Under the pieces are notes generated by a model, which made no database searches, had not been told where the DNA came from, and saw only the letters and a program-made list of their open reading frames with translations. Positions 1 through 9,230 of a stretch of DNA of 25,052 bases are shown here, one piece after another (the first letter of the stretch is position 1; every line of letters starts with the position of its first letter). The stretch is from an uncultured archaeon. GTDB lineage: Archaea; Asgardarchaeota; Thorarchaeia; Thorarchaeales; CAZPUN01. Location: assembly GCA_964589775.1 (NCBI GenBank), contig CAZPUN010000036.1, forward strand, positions 1 through 25,052, read 5' to 3'. The position numbers were made by a program, and so were the translations under genes.

Positions 1-344
1 CTGTAACAAGTGTTGTTGATTACGAATTACCCACACGAATTGGACCAAGTGATTATGTACCATTTCTTGGAGACAATAAAGTCTGTTATATTCAGATCAA
101 TGGTCGTGCATTCGGCGATTTACCCCTAACGTTATCTGCCAAGCTATCCGTTCAAGATTCACCTAATAGCGCCGGAGTCATAATTGATGTATCTCGTGCA
201 GTAAAGCTTGCATTAGACCGCGGAATTGGTGGAAGATTGTATAGTATTTCTGCATATTCATTCAAGCATCCACCTAAGCAATATCCAGATAGTCTAGCCA
301 AACAAATGGTTGAAGAATTTATTCAAGGCAAACGAGAACGATAA
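1..344 (+). CDS. ino1: myo-inositol-1-phosphate synthase, C-terminal part (5' truncated by the window edge)
   Basis: Not in the ORF track. The frame from nt 3 reads ...RIGPSDYVPFLGDNKVCYI...LSVQDSPNSAGVIID...AVKLALDRGIGG...SAYSFKHPP...RER* (TAA 342-344). GPSDY..L.D.K, DSPNSAG and FKHPP are hallmark archaeal/actinobacterial IPS motifs. Confidence 0.93.
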   Translation, partial: VTSVVDYELPTRIGPSDYVPFLGDNKVCYIQINGRAFGDLPLTLSAKLSVQDSPNSAGVIIDVSRAVKLALDRGIGGRLYSISAYSFKHPPKQYPDSLAKQMVEEFIQGKRER

Positions 345-347
345 AAA

Positions 348-382
348 TTTTTCATTTTCTTATTTTTTATTTTTCAATTTTT
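348..382 (+). terminator. oligo-T archaeal-type terminator after ino1
   Basis: Several T4-T6 runs directly after the stop codon. Confidence 0.5.
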
Positions 383-445
383 AGATAGATTTATTAGTAA
401 CATTACTCAGATTTTATATTACTACCTATATGGAGGACTATTTTA

Positions 446-847
446 GTGGCATTAATAGATACAGTAGCTGATTTATTGGATGAAGCGGATATCAAATATG
501 AAAACAAAACTGAACGCTCACTTGATATGGTATGGTCCACTGACCATTTTGAATCTCTTAAAGTACGCATAATTACTTCAGAAAATGAAACATGGGTATA
601 CATTGTCGCATGGTTCACACCAATTAGTGATATTTCTCCTGAAGACCGCGAAACATTCTACTATCAAATGCTAAAAGAAAATTGGGAGCGAAATGGTGTA
701 AAGTTTGCAATTGATGGCGATGATAACTTAGTTATTTCTGCAGAAATTGCTGACATGGATCTTGAACCTGATGAGATAAAAAGATACATTCTTACAGTAT
801 TAAATGCCAGCGATCGCCTTTATGAGATCTATCCGCGTAGTGGTTGA
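446..847 (+). CDS. YbjN / CesT-like chaperone-fold protein
   Basis: 133 aa, acidic. GGAGG at 432-436 before GTG. Pattern LKENWERNGVKFAIDGDDNLVISAEI followed by a C-terminal helix is typical of YbjN-like proteins. Confidence 0.65.
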   Translation: MALIDTVADLLDEADIKYENKTERSLDMVWSTDHFESLKVRIITSENETWVYIVAWFTPISDISPEDRETFYYQMLKENWERNGVKFAIDGDDNLVISAEIADMDLEPDEIKRYILTVLNASDRLYEIYPRSG

Positions 848-857
848 GGATTTTTCC

Positions 858-2417
858 TCATATTTTTATTTTCCTCCATTCATTTTCGAATTCTTCGACT
901 ATTTTATTCGCTTCTCTGACGAATGGAATTTCTTTTATATTGATTTTATCTGGAACTGGATAATGCTTCAATTTGTATATTGCTAAGATTATTTTAGTTA
1001 TGTCATCAAAATTGTCAAACGCCTTTCTTATGTTTGAATGCTTTATAATATAATTGAGAGCTTTATGACTGCCTGAACCATATTGTGTAGCTAATTTACT
1101 GCGGATTGCAATTTCTATGGGGAAATCTATATTAATTGCAGTGTGTCGTAATATTATTTTCCGTTCGATCTCATTAATTTTAAAATCTATAGGAACATTT
1201 ACTGCAAAGTTTACTATTTTCTTATCCAAATATGGAAGAATCAAATTCAATCCATGAGCGTGCATTACATTATCATCACGACTTAAGTCTGTGTCTTGAA
1301 GTTTTCGTAGATCTTCAAGCATAAGTTTATTGGCTTTTTCCAAATTATTTTGGAGTACCGCATCTTGATACTTTTTATAACCCCCAAAAAGTTCATCGGC
1401 TCCCTGTCCCATAAGAATATGTCTACTTTTATCTTTTAGATATCGTGCTGTTGCGAAAAATGGTATTGCAATTTCTATTGACATTTTTGATATTTGACCA
1501 CAAATTCCTATTATGCGTGGAACAATTTCATATAGTTCTTCTTTTTCTAAATTTACGAAATTGACCTCTAATCCAATTTTTTCGGCTGCTGTTATAGCAT
1601 TAGTACGGTCCTTCATATCTCCAAATGTTGTATTTACGAGAGTTACATCATCCGCATATTGTTTTGCAAGATATGCTATTAATGTGGAATCTAATCCGCC
1701 AGAAAATGATACTGCAATTTTTTTATTTAAGACACGTTGCTTTACTGCCTCTGTAAGAAGATTTGTAAGAGCATTAACTAATGATTTCTCATCGTACGTT
1801 TCTATTTCTGTAATATCTGGTACATAATATTTCATAGTTGAAATACCGCTCTTAGTTAATATGCCAAACGTTGCAGGGGGTAAATATTCAATATTTCGTA
1901 AATAATATGGAACATGTGTGCTGTTTCCGAAATGCCAATTATTACCATCGTAGGCTGTCCAAATTTTTTTAATTCCTATGTGATCACGTCCAATAATTAC
2001 TTTATCATTATCTATAATTGCAATTGAAAAAGGTGAAATGATTTTATTAAAGATCGGAGCAATGTTTTTGTGTGCTGTATTTAGTGCATTATCAATTTCA
2101 TCAATAATTTGTTTTGTACAATCAATATAGGATTTTGCTACACAATCCGAAGAAAATAAAAATCCATCTATCAGATAAATTCTGTCTGATTTTTCAAAAA
2201 TTACTTTATCTGACGTATATGGCACTGCAACTCCCGTGAGGATTTTTCCTACATCAATTTGTTCTCGTACTATTTCGTGATTATTAAATGAGTACCATGT
2301 GTCAATTTTACCCCTCGCAAGATATCTTGGAAAAATAAGATTTCTCAAACTAAGTGTAAGATTTGTTTTAATTGCTTTATTGAATTTTCCAATAAACCGA
2401 CCAATGAATTTTACCAT
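858..2417 (-). CDS. asnB: asparagine synthetase B-like protein (degenerate Ntn glutaminase domain + PP-loop synthetase domain)
   Basis: RDHIGIK, FSGGLDS PP-loop, GQGADELFGGY, PYLD, RKIILR, K...QYGSG. The N-terminal nucleophile Cys is absent (MVKFIG). Confidence 0.8.
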   Translation of the reverse strand: MVKFIGRFIGKFNKAIKTNLTLSLRNLIFPRYLARGKIDTWYSFNNHEIVREQIDVGKILTGVAVPYTSDKVIFEKSDRIYLIDGFLFSSDCVAKSYIDCTKQIIDEIDNALNTAHKNIAPIFNKIISPFSIAIIDNDKVIIGRDHIGIKKIWTAYDGNNWHFGNSTHVPYYLRNIEYLPPATFGILTKSGISTMKYYVPDITEIETYDEKSLVNALTNLLTEAVKQRVLNKKIAVSFSGGLDSTLIAYLAKQYADDVTLVNTTFGDMKDRTNAITAAEKIGLEVNFVNLEKEELYEIVPRIIGICGQISKMSIEIAIPFFATARYLKDKSRHILMGQGADELFGGYKKYQDAVLQNNLEKANKLMLEDLRKLQDTDLSRDDNVMHAHGLNLILPYLDKKIVNFAVNVPIDFKINEIERKIILRHTAINIDFPIEIAIRSKLATQYGSGSHKALNYIIKHSNIRKAFDNFDDITKIILAIYKLKHYPVPDKINIKEIPFVREANKIVEEFENEWRKIKI

Positions 2418-2481
2418 AATTATGCCTCTTATCTAAATGTTGATATATTTTTGCTTATCTTATACTAATTAGTGAATCAAG

Positions 2482-3279
2482 TTGAGCGAAATTAATGATT
2501 TATTGCACAATAAGATAAATAAACTTAAGGGAATTCTTCATGATAAAAAAGTAATTGTTGCTTTCAGTGGTGGTTCTGATAGCCTTATTTTATCTCAACT
2601 TGCTAAAAAGTATGCAAAGGATCTTGTTCTTGCAATTGTTACTGGACCTAATATTCCAATTGATGAAATTGATCGTGCGAAAGATTTTGCAAAAGTAATA
2701 GATTCGCCGCTCTACATATTAGAATATGATCCTCTCTCATCGTCTTCATTTTACAATAATACCCCATTACGATGTTATGCATGTAAGCGTTTGATGTTCA
2801 AAAAGCTCAATGAACTAAAAATGGACCTAAAATACGATATGATTGTTGACGGCACCAATAAGTCCGATATGAATGAAGATCGTCCTGGACTAAAGGCATT
2901 AGAAGAATTTGGCATTATATCGCCCTTTGCACTAAGTGGCATAAGCAAAAAAGAAGTACTTCTCATAGGCGAAGAACTTGGGTTATCATCTTGGCTTGTG
3001 CCATCAAATACATGCTATGCGACCCGAATTATGGATGGTTTGAAAATTACTGAAGAGTTACTTAATATTATAAGGCAAGCAGAACTAAAAATACGAGAAA
3101 TTTGTGGGGTTAAATTGGTACGGGCTCGAATCCATACTAATTTACATTGTCGGATTGAAGTATATCCTGAAGAGATTCATAAACTTATTCAGCAAGATGT
3201 ACGAGAACTTCTCATCAAGGAATTATCGCGTATTGGTTTGAAATATATCTCCGTTGATCTTAAAGGATATAGGAAGTAG
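2482..3279 (+). CDS. larE: LarE-family ATP-dependent sulfur transferase (PP-loop)
   Basis: VAFSGGSDS, RCYACK, DGTN..D...DRPG, SPF, PSNTCYATRI, VRARIH, VDLKGYR. Confidence 0.88.
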   Translation: MSEINDLLHNKINKLKGILHDKKVIVAFSGGSDSLILSQLAKKYAKDLVLAIVTGPNIPIDEIDRAKDFAKVIDSPLYILEYDPLSSSSFYNNTPLRCYACKRLMFKKLNELKMDLKYDMIVDGTNKSDMNEDRPGLKALEEFGIISPFALSGISKKEVLLIGEELGLSSWLVPSNTCYATRIMDGLKITEELLNIIRQAELKIREICGVKLVRARIHTNLHCRIEVYPEEIHKLIQQDVRELLIKELSRIGLKYISVDLKGYRK

Positions 3280-3286
3280 TTATTTT

Positions 3287-3691
3287 CTAAAGCTTCTTGA
3301 TAACTACTTCTTTTACACCTTCTATTTCCGATAGTAATTTCTTTAATAATTCTGTATCAAATTCTTCGTTTGGTTTATTAAAATAGCTTTCATAATAGCA
3401 TTTATCAGATTCAACACAAATACCGGTTGTAAATAATACCTCCTTCAAACCTGATTGCTTAAATGCATTTGTGAGGTATTGTAAAAAGTTTCGGGTCAGG
3501 TTTGATATTTCTAATTTCAAATGATAAACTTCGCCATTTTCAATTGGAAATATTTTCAGATTCTTATCCCTATATACCAATATTACTAGTGCGCGTTGTG
3601 CTCCAATTTCATTTGCGATTTCTTCAGGAAGTACCAATTTATCCCCAATTTCAATCTCTAATAGTTTAGCAGTTGTGACACCTTTATCCAT
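3287..3691 (-). CDS. hypothetical protein, probable AbrB-like N-terminus + ACT-like C-terminus
   Basis: GDKLVLPEEIANEIG...LKIFPI resembles a swapped-hairpin barrel. The C-terminal half has a beta-alpha-beta-beta-alpha-beta pattern ending LSEIEGVKEV. GGAG RBS upstream. Confidence 0.5.
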   Translation of the reverse strand: MDKGVTTAKLLEIEIGDKLVLPEEIANEIGAQRALVILVYRDKNLKIFPIENGEVYHLKLEISNLTRNFLQYLTNAFKQSGLKEVLFTTGICVESDKCYYESYFNKPNEEFDTELLKKLLSEIEGVKEVVIKKL

Positions 3692-3723
3692 TTTCGGCTA
3701 TTCTCCTTTCCTCACTACCTCAT

Positions 3724-4518
3724 TTATGAATTCAATAATTTATGTTTTTTGTATTTTATTTGTTCAAACAAATATATAATAATTATTCCCATTATAAATA
3801 CTACTGTTGTCAGGATGCTCCATTCGAATTGAAAGTATTCAGCTGCTGGTACGGATACTCTTGGATAATGTGGAAATAATGCATATCCAAAGGTATTCCA
3901 TCCGATATGTAATCCTATTGGATAGTATAGGTTCTTATTTGTCTTGAAATATAATAGCGATAAGAGTACTCCCCCCAAAAACATATTGAATATGAAAAGA
4001 ACTGTTGGTATGATCGGTACGGAGCCCAATGGAAGCCACCAGCTGAAATGAATTAATCCAAAAACTATTGATGAGCCTAATATTCCGATTTTCATGTTGT
4101 ATATTTCTGCAAGATATCCTGCGATGATTCCACGAAAAATCATTTCTTCTATAAATGCCGTGAAAAATGAAATGAAGATTAATGAGAAAAATACTTCAAA
4201 TAAATTGGTGAAATCCGATACTGTTCCCCCTAATATAGCAGATAAAATGTAATGTATGAGAACTAGTCCCGAACCAAATAAGCTTCCTAATAATAAATCG
4301 AGTATGAATGTATTACTCTTAAATCCTAGATCTTCTAATCTTTTACCAAAGTGATTTTGAAAACTTATTATCAGAATGAATTCAATAAATATACTCATTA
4401 GCCAAAAAATGCTAACGATTTCCATACTTGTTGTATTCAATAAAATCCAGTATATAAACGTGATAGTGAATATCGCGCTTGTAAATAGTAAAATATGTAT
4501 TAATTTTACATTATTCAT
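3724..4518 (-). CDS. CPBP family (Abi/CAAX) intramembrane glutamic metalloprotease
   Basis: Multi-TM protein with EEMIFRG, FGLIH and HIGWN motifs. Confidence 0.9.
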   Translation of the reverse strand: MNNVKLIHILLFTSAIFTITFIYWILLNTTSMEIVSIFWLMSIFIEFILIISFQNHFGKRLEDLGFKSNTFILDLLLGSLFGSGLVLIHYILSAILGGTVSDFTNLFEVFFSLIFISFFTAFIEEMIFRGIIAGYLAEIYNMKIGILGSSIVFGLIHFSWWLPLGSVPIIPTVLFIFNMFLGGVLLSLLYFKTNKNLYYPIGLHIGWNTFGYALFPHYPRVSVPAAEYFQFEWSILTTVVFIMGIIIIYLFEQIKYKKHKLLNS

Positions 4519-4613
4519 CTTGTGAGCACCAATACTATAAAATCAGCGGATAATTTAAAAGTAACTCCTCCATAATTAAATGTTGTATAATGATTTAATA
4601 GAGGGACCAAAAT

Positions 4614-5849
4614 ATGGTTGATATTCGTCAGTTATTACTTGATTGGGAAACCGAGGAAGTCGTAAAACTCTGTCTTGAAAATGATTCTAATTTTAAGATT
4701 CTTGTGCGTCTTTTAAAGGATTCAAGTGATATGATTCGACAAAGAGCTGTTGAAGCATTGACAGAAATCGGAACGCCTTATGTTGTAGAATATCTTATCG
4801 AAGCTATGGATGATCCTTCAGAAGACGTACGAATTCAAGCCGCAATTGGATTGGAATTAATCAAAAATGAAATCGCAATTCCTAGATTATTTCGTGCATT
4901 AAAAGATGAATCCAAATGGGTTGTATCTCATGCTGCGGCTGCCTTATCTAATTATATTCCTGGTCCAATTTGGGCTAGAGTTGACCCAAAGGATATTGAT
5001 ATAATAATTACAGACTTTCCTGATATGAGTGAAGAAGACATAAAAGAATTTTTCAAGCGACTAAAAGCAGATCCCTCTGCAGTTGAAAGATTTTTAGAAT
5101 TGCGTCGTAAAGGCTTTAGATATGTTCCTGAGAAAATTGAGCCTCCTAGCAAGGAAGATATTATCGCATCACTTCCTAAAGAATTACTTGATGAGGTTTC
5201 GCTAGATGTGTTGAAAGGAATGTCTGTTGATGAGCTAAAAGCGTATGTTAAAGAATGGGAAGATCGCAGAGAAATATCTCGTAGGGCTCCTAAGGTTGAG
5301 GAAAAGCCGCCTGAACCTGAGAAAGAAAAAGCTGAAGAAAAAGAGACTGTTGAAGAAATCTTAAGCAGGATACCTCCCGAATTCTTAGCCTCGTTTACTG
5401 AGGAGCAGCTAAAATCATTAACTGTTGAAGATGCAAAACTTATAGAAGAGACATATAAAAGTGGATTATCTCCTGAGAAAGAAGAAAAAGAGACACCTAA
5501 GCCGACTAAAAAGGCTAAGAAAACCAAAAAGAAGCGCAAGAAAACCTTGTCTGAAAAGGAACGATTACTCGAAGAACTTCCTGAGAGTGTTCGCGAGGCA
5601 TTAACTCCGGAAATCATAGAAAGTCTGACTGTTGAAGATATAAAAGAAATGTTACGTAGTGCAAAGGTTACATCTGAAGAATCTGAAGAATCCAAAGAAT
5701 CCGTTGCTGATACAGAAGACGAACGAAAGCGTCTAATTGCATTAATACCTCCTGACATGCTTCCAGATCTACCTGCTGAAGAACTAGAGCGAATGGATGT
5801 CGAACAATTACGTTCCCTTCTTGAAGCATTAGGTGTTGAAATTCCATAA
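4614..5849 (+). CDS. HEAT (PBS-lyase-like) repeat protein with C-terminal acidic ~33-aa helical repeats
   Basis: D..D.IR..AVEAL..IG, DPSEDVRIQAAIGL and DESKWVVSHAAAAL repeats, then four LP/IP-containing repeats separated by charged linkers. Confidence 0.8.
   Translation: MVDIRQLLLDWETEEVVKLCLENDSNFKILVRLLKDSSDMIRQRAVEALTEIGTPYVVEYLIEAMDDPSEDVRIQAAIGLELIKNEIAIPRLFRALKDESKWVVSHAAAALSNYIPGPIWARVDPKDIDIIITDFPDMSEEDIKEFFKRLKADPSAVERFLELRRKGFRYVPEKIEPPSKEDIIASLPKELLDEVSLDVLKGMSVDELKAYVKEWEDRREISRRAPKVEEKPPEPEKEKAEEKETVEEILSRIPPEFLASFTEEQLKSLTVEDAKLIEETYKSGLSPEKEEKETPKPTKKAKKTKKKRKKTLSEKERLLEELPESVREALTPEIIESLTVEDIKEMLRSAKVTSEESEESKESVADTEDERKRLIALIPPDMLPDLPAEELERMDVEQLRSLLEALGVEIP
5151..5846 (+). 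repeat. four intragenic ~33-aa repeats
   Basis: KEDIIASLPKELLDEVSLDVLKGMSVDELK / VEEILSRIPPEFLASFTEEQLKSLTVEDAK / KERLLEELPESVREALTPEIIESLTVEDIK / RKRLIALIPPDMLPDLPAEELERMDVEQLR. Confidence 0.8.
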
Positions 5850-5859
5850 AAAAGAGAAA

Positions 5860-7188
5860 TTATGAGCCAGATTTGGCCCCTCTTATTATTGTTGAAAAGT
5901 CACTTGCTAACGTGGCGTACCAAACCAAGAGGTCGCCCATATCCTCGATTCTTTTATAGGTTCCACGTCCAAATGCTGCTATTTCTGATAATAGTTCTTC
6001 ATCAATTTCTTCTGGATTACCTAATCCAATAGTATATATGACATAGTTCTTCTCTTTTGAGAAATGCTCTTTTATAACTTCCATAGGTGGCGGGCCTGCA
6101 GTTGGCATACCATCTGATAGCATAATTAACATGACGGGCTTTTCGTGGTTTTCGAATGATTCCATGACTTCTGCCGCCTTGATAAATGCATCTCCCATAT
6201 TTGTTAGCTGTCCTGCATCATTGCATTTGTCAACAACAAGTAAACTTGTCATAAGTAGTCCTGTTGCTTTTGCTTCTCCAGTACATACGACATATGGATT
6301 GTTCTTGCCTGTTTCCGGATCGTAGAATGTTAATGATTCTGCCTTATTTTCAAATGTAATTATTGATACCTTCTCTCCGAATCCACGTCCTATTTTCTCC
6401 GCCAAGTACAACAATACTGCCAGAGCTGCTGCTTGGACTCGTTGGACATTTTTTCCTTCTTTGAATTGTTCTAAAAATTCTTGCAAATCATGCTCTTCTT
6501 GTGTCAGGTCTTTTAAGCCCTCAATTGCTTGTGCAATATTTTTGACGGGTACATCTCGCGTAGTCATCGAGCCTGAAATGTCTAACATTAATATCGCGTT
6601 GAATGGTATTGCAATACCCATCACTCTAAATTGATATCCTGTACCTTTTTCCAATGCTTCAAAACTTAAGCGTGCAAAACTCATGCCTGTCAGGGAGGGT
6701 CGCGTATCTTTAATTACAATTCGTGAATTTAAATCGGGCCAATCAAATTCCATACCTTTGAAAATAAGGCGCCCATCAAGTATCTTCTTTAATGACTTTA
6801 TTTTCTTCTCAGCTTGCAAAAGTATCTTTTCGGCTTTTACAGATTCGTCATTTGGTTTTATACCAAATTCTACATAATTTACTGTTGGTAATACTTCAGT
6901 ATGGTGTACTACTTCAACTGGATCTTCACTTGCGATCCCTGCAGCACTTAATAGAAGACTATCAACAACTAGTTTTCCTTTCTTTACATCTTCATCCTTA
7001 CGGACTTCTGCCGCACCCCAAAATCCAGAATCAGGTTCGGTAAATACAATTATAGAACCCGTTTCAATATCTAGTTTTTTCGCATCGTCCGGATTCATTT
7101 TTGCGTATCCTTTCAGGTTTCCGCCATCTATTATTGTCAGGGTTAACTTATCTACGATTGTAATACCCTCCCGCAAACTATTTAACAA
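5860..7188 (-). CDS. Cdc48/p97 N-domain-like (double-psi barrel + second subdomain) fused to a vWA domain with intact MIDAS; no ATPase domain
   Basis: GYAKMNPDDAKKLDIETGSIIVF...KGKLVVDSLLLSAAGIASEDPVEV (DPBB pattern). vWA motifs LMLDISGSM, VSIITFE, LTNMGDAF, IMLSDGMPT, IYTIGLG. Start codon uncertain. Confidence 0.8.
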   Translation of the reverse strand: MLNSLREGITIVDKLTLTIIDGGNLKGYAKMNPDDAKKLDIETGSIIVFTEPDSGFWGAAEVRKDEDVKKGKLVVDSLLLSAAGIASEDPVEVVHHTEVLPTVNYVEFGIKPNDESVKAEKILLQAEKKIKSLKKILDGRLIFKGMEFDWPDLNSRIVIKDTRPSLTGMSFARLSFEALEKGTGYQFRVMGIAIPFNAILMLDISGSMTTRDVPVKNIAQAIEGLKDLTQEEHDLQEFLEQFKEGKNVQRVQAAALAVLLYLAEKIGRGFGEKVSIITFENKAESLTFYDPETGKNNPYVVCTGEAKATGLLMTSLLVVDKCNDAGQLTNMGDAFIKAAEVMESFENHEKPVMLIMLSDGMPTAGPPPMEVIKEHFSKEKNYVIYTIGLGNPEEIDEELLSEIAAFGRGTYKRIEDMGDLLVWYATLASDFSTIIRGAKSGS

Positions 7189-7241
7189 ATATTAATATTG
7201 CTTAAATCGAATTTAACTCTATCGTCGTATGAATTATGCGC

Positions 7242-8759
7242 TCATGTATTGGTATTACTAATAAAATCATTTAGAAAATCTATGATCTCTTTGTTTTCTT
7301 TAACCAATGTTCCTTGTTTCCATATGTTTTTAACAAACGCGTTATTGTATTTTTGTTGTGCAAGTTCTAAATTGCCCCATAATTTCCAATTTTCTCTATC
7401 AAGTATGGATACCGATATAAATTCATTTGCCCATGTTCTGAATAATATATAGAATGTTTCTTCGGCAGTTTTTGCTGCAATAATAAAGTCTGATGAGTAT
7501 ATTTGTGTATCTTGTGAAGTATCAAAAACCTTAATCTTGGGCCACGTTCTCTTTGGAGGCACAAGATAATCAAATGAAAGAATTTGTATCTTATCGTCTT
7601 TATATTTACTGATCAGTTCGTTGATTACAATCTCTGAGATGTCTTTTTCAATTCCCATTTCTGTTTTCATATCGAAATAGATTGTTTTTGGTTTTATTTT
7701 ACTTGTTTTGATACGTGCGGGGCTATTTATCAAATGAAGTACATTTCCTGCTAAAATTCTCTGAACATCTTCAAGTGTTCCTTCAAAGTCTTCTGATAAC
7801 ATGTATGTTAATACATCTACTGCTTGAACTGTTAGAAACGTATAATCCGTTCCCCACAGGAATTTTTCGCTCCATTTCTGTGTGGGCGATGAAATCAAGT
7901 CAATTGCATTTCTAAATAATAGCGGAACATCTCTATCATGCATTCCTGCAACATCCGCAAAAATATTTGGATGGCTTAAAGCTTCATATAGAAATTCAGC
8001 TGCAGGATCAAAAGCGCAATGTGCTAAAATCACTCGTAATTTATTTGATAGGTCGGGGCGTTTCTCAAGTACGATATTCACAAGTTCATATATTCGGCGA
8101 ACTATTTCTATACCACGTGTATCGAATATTATCGGAATGTTTAACTCAGATGCGCGTTCAACAACACGTACTGTAAAATCTGCAGTTATCTCTGAAACGA
8201 ATTTTTGTGATAATGGATGTAATTTTAATCCCCTAAGCCCAAGCTCGACAATTGCGCGTTCAAGTTCTTTTACTGCCATATTCGGGTCATCTGATTTTAC
8301 AGCATCTGTGGGATCGACTCGGGCAAAACCGATTAATCTTAGGGAATGAGGTATTCGCGTTGTCCAGCTAAATATTTTATTATTTGAGACTCTGAATGAT
8401 GGTTGTTCTGGAAAATCTTTTTTAGCATATAGATCATTATATGGAAATACTACAGTTCGATCCACAAACCAACTGCTTTTGGATTTTATCCATGTTTTAT
8501 TCAAATTAAAGAACATTTCAGGATGCTTAGGTGCTTGTATATCTACAGGGACGAATTTTAATTTGTGCTTTTGTTCTTCTACTTTCTTAAGAAATTCTGA
8601 ATATAACATTTGATAAAATTCATAGACTTTGTTCGGTGTATTTGTGTGATCTTTTTCTCTTCCAAGATGGTGATGTGAATCAACAATATATAGCATAAAT
8701 TTTTGGCCTTTCAAGATACGTTGAGCGGGATCATCCCTAGTGGCTTCAATAATCAGCAC
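7242..8759 (-). CDS. metal-dependent amidohydrolase (Amidohydro_2-like TIM barrel) with extra C-terminal domain
   Basis: IVDSHHHLG, RLIGFARVDP, GLRGLKLHP, IPIIFD, VILAHC, FLWGTDY, ILAGN. Confidence 0.88.
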   Translation of the reverse strand: MLIIEATRDDPAQRILKGQKFMLYIVDSHHHLGREKDHTNTPNKVYEFYQMLYSEFLKKVEEQKHKLKFVPVDIQAPKHPEMFFNLNKTWIKSKSSWFVDRTVVFPYNDLYAKKDFPEQPSFRVSNNKIFSWTTRIPHSLRLIGFARVDPTDAVKSDDPNMAVKELERAIVELGLRGLKLHPLSQKFVSEITADFTVRVVERASELNIPIIFDTRGIEIVRRIYELVNIVLEKRPDLSNKLRVILAHCAFDPAAEFLYEALSHPNIFADVAGMHDRDVPLLFRNAIDLISSPTQKWSEKFLWGTDYTFLTVQAVDVLTYMLSEDFEGTLEDVQRILAGNVLHLINSPARIKTSKIKPKTIYFDMKTEMGIEKDISEIVINELISKYKDDKIQILSFDYLVPPKRTWPKIKVFDTSQDTQIYSSDFIIAAKTAEETFYILFRTWANEFISVSILDRENWKLWGNLELAQQKYNNAFVKNIWKQGTLVKENKEIIDFLNDFISNTNT

Positions 8760-8762
8760 TAG

Positions 8763-9230
8763 TTATCTCTCCTTGGATAACTTTTCAAGATTTGATTTTA
8801 TCTCTCGAACAATCTTAGCAAGCTCATCGACATTCTTTTGGATTTTCGAAATCTCAGAAGAAACTTGCGAAATTCCTTTTTCATATTCTTCGAGAATTTC
8901 TTTTTTAATTTGATATATGAGTTTTTCAAGTTCATCTTGTCGTCTAGAAAGTGTTTGATTTCGTTCCTTTAGGTCATCAATTTTTCCATCAAAAGTATCC
9001 ATACTACGTTCGTGCATATCTACTAATCTTTTGGATACTGCCGTTATTTCATTTTCAAGAGATTCGTATTTCTTTTTGATTTCATCTTGTAACTTCTTCT
9101 TATCATTCTCTTGTTGTTCTTTTATTTTAGATATTTTATCGTTAATTGACTTTAGGAATTTATCAAGTTCTGAAATCTTTTTACTATTTTCTTTTACCTG
9201 TTTTGAAAATTCAGAATTATCTGAGTTCAT
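8763..9230 (-). CDS. coiled-coil protein
   Basis: 155 aa, continuous E/K/L/I heptads. 3 bp from the amidohydrolase start, so probably the same operon. Confidence 0.75.
   Translation of the reverse strand: MNSDNSEFSKQVKENSKKISELDKFLKSINDKISKIKEQQENDKKKLQDEIKKKYESLENEITAVSKRLVDMHERSMDTFDGKIDDLKERNQTLSRRQDELEKLIYQIKKEILEEYEKGISQVSSEISKIQKNVDELAKIVREIKSNLEKLSKER

Noticed and set aside
5500-5545. KKKRK as an SV40-like nuclear localisation signal
   Set aside because: A low-complexity Lys-rich linker in a prokaryotic protein; the match is uninformative.
4952-5758. 268-aa Ser/Phe-rich minus-strand ORF, and the other short overlapping ORFs in the track
   Set aside because: Antisense or alternative-frame shadows of well-supported genes.
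8763-9230. Assigning the coiled-coil proteins to ESCRT-III/SNARE/SMC families
   Set aside because: Generic heptads only; no family-specific motif is recognisable by eye.
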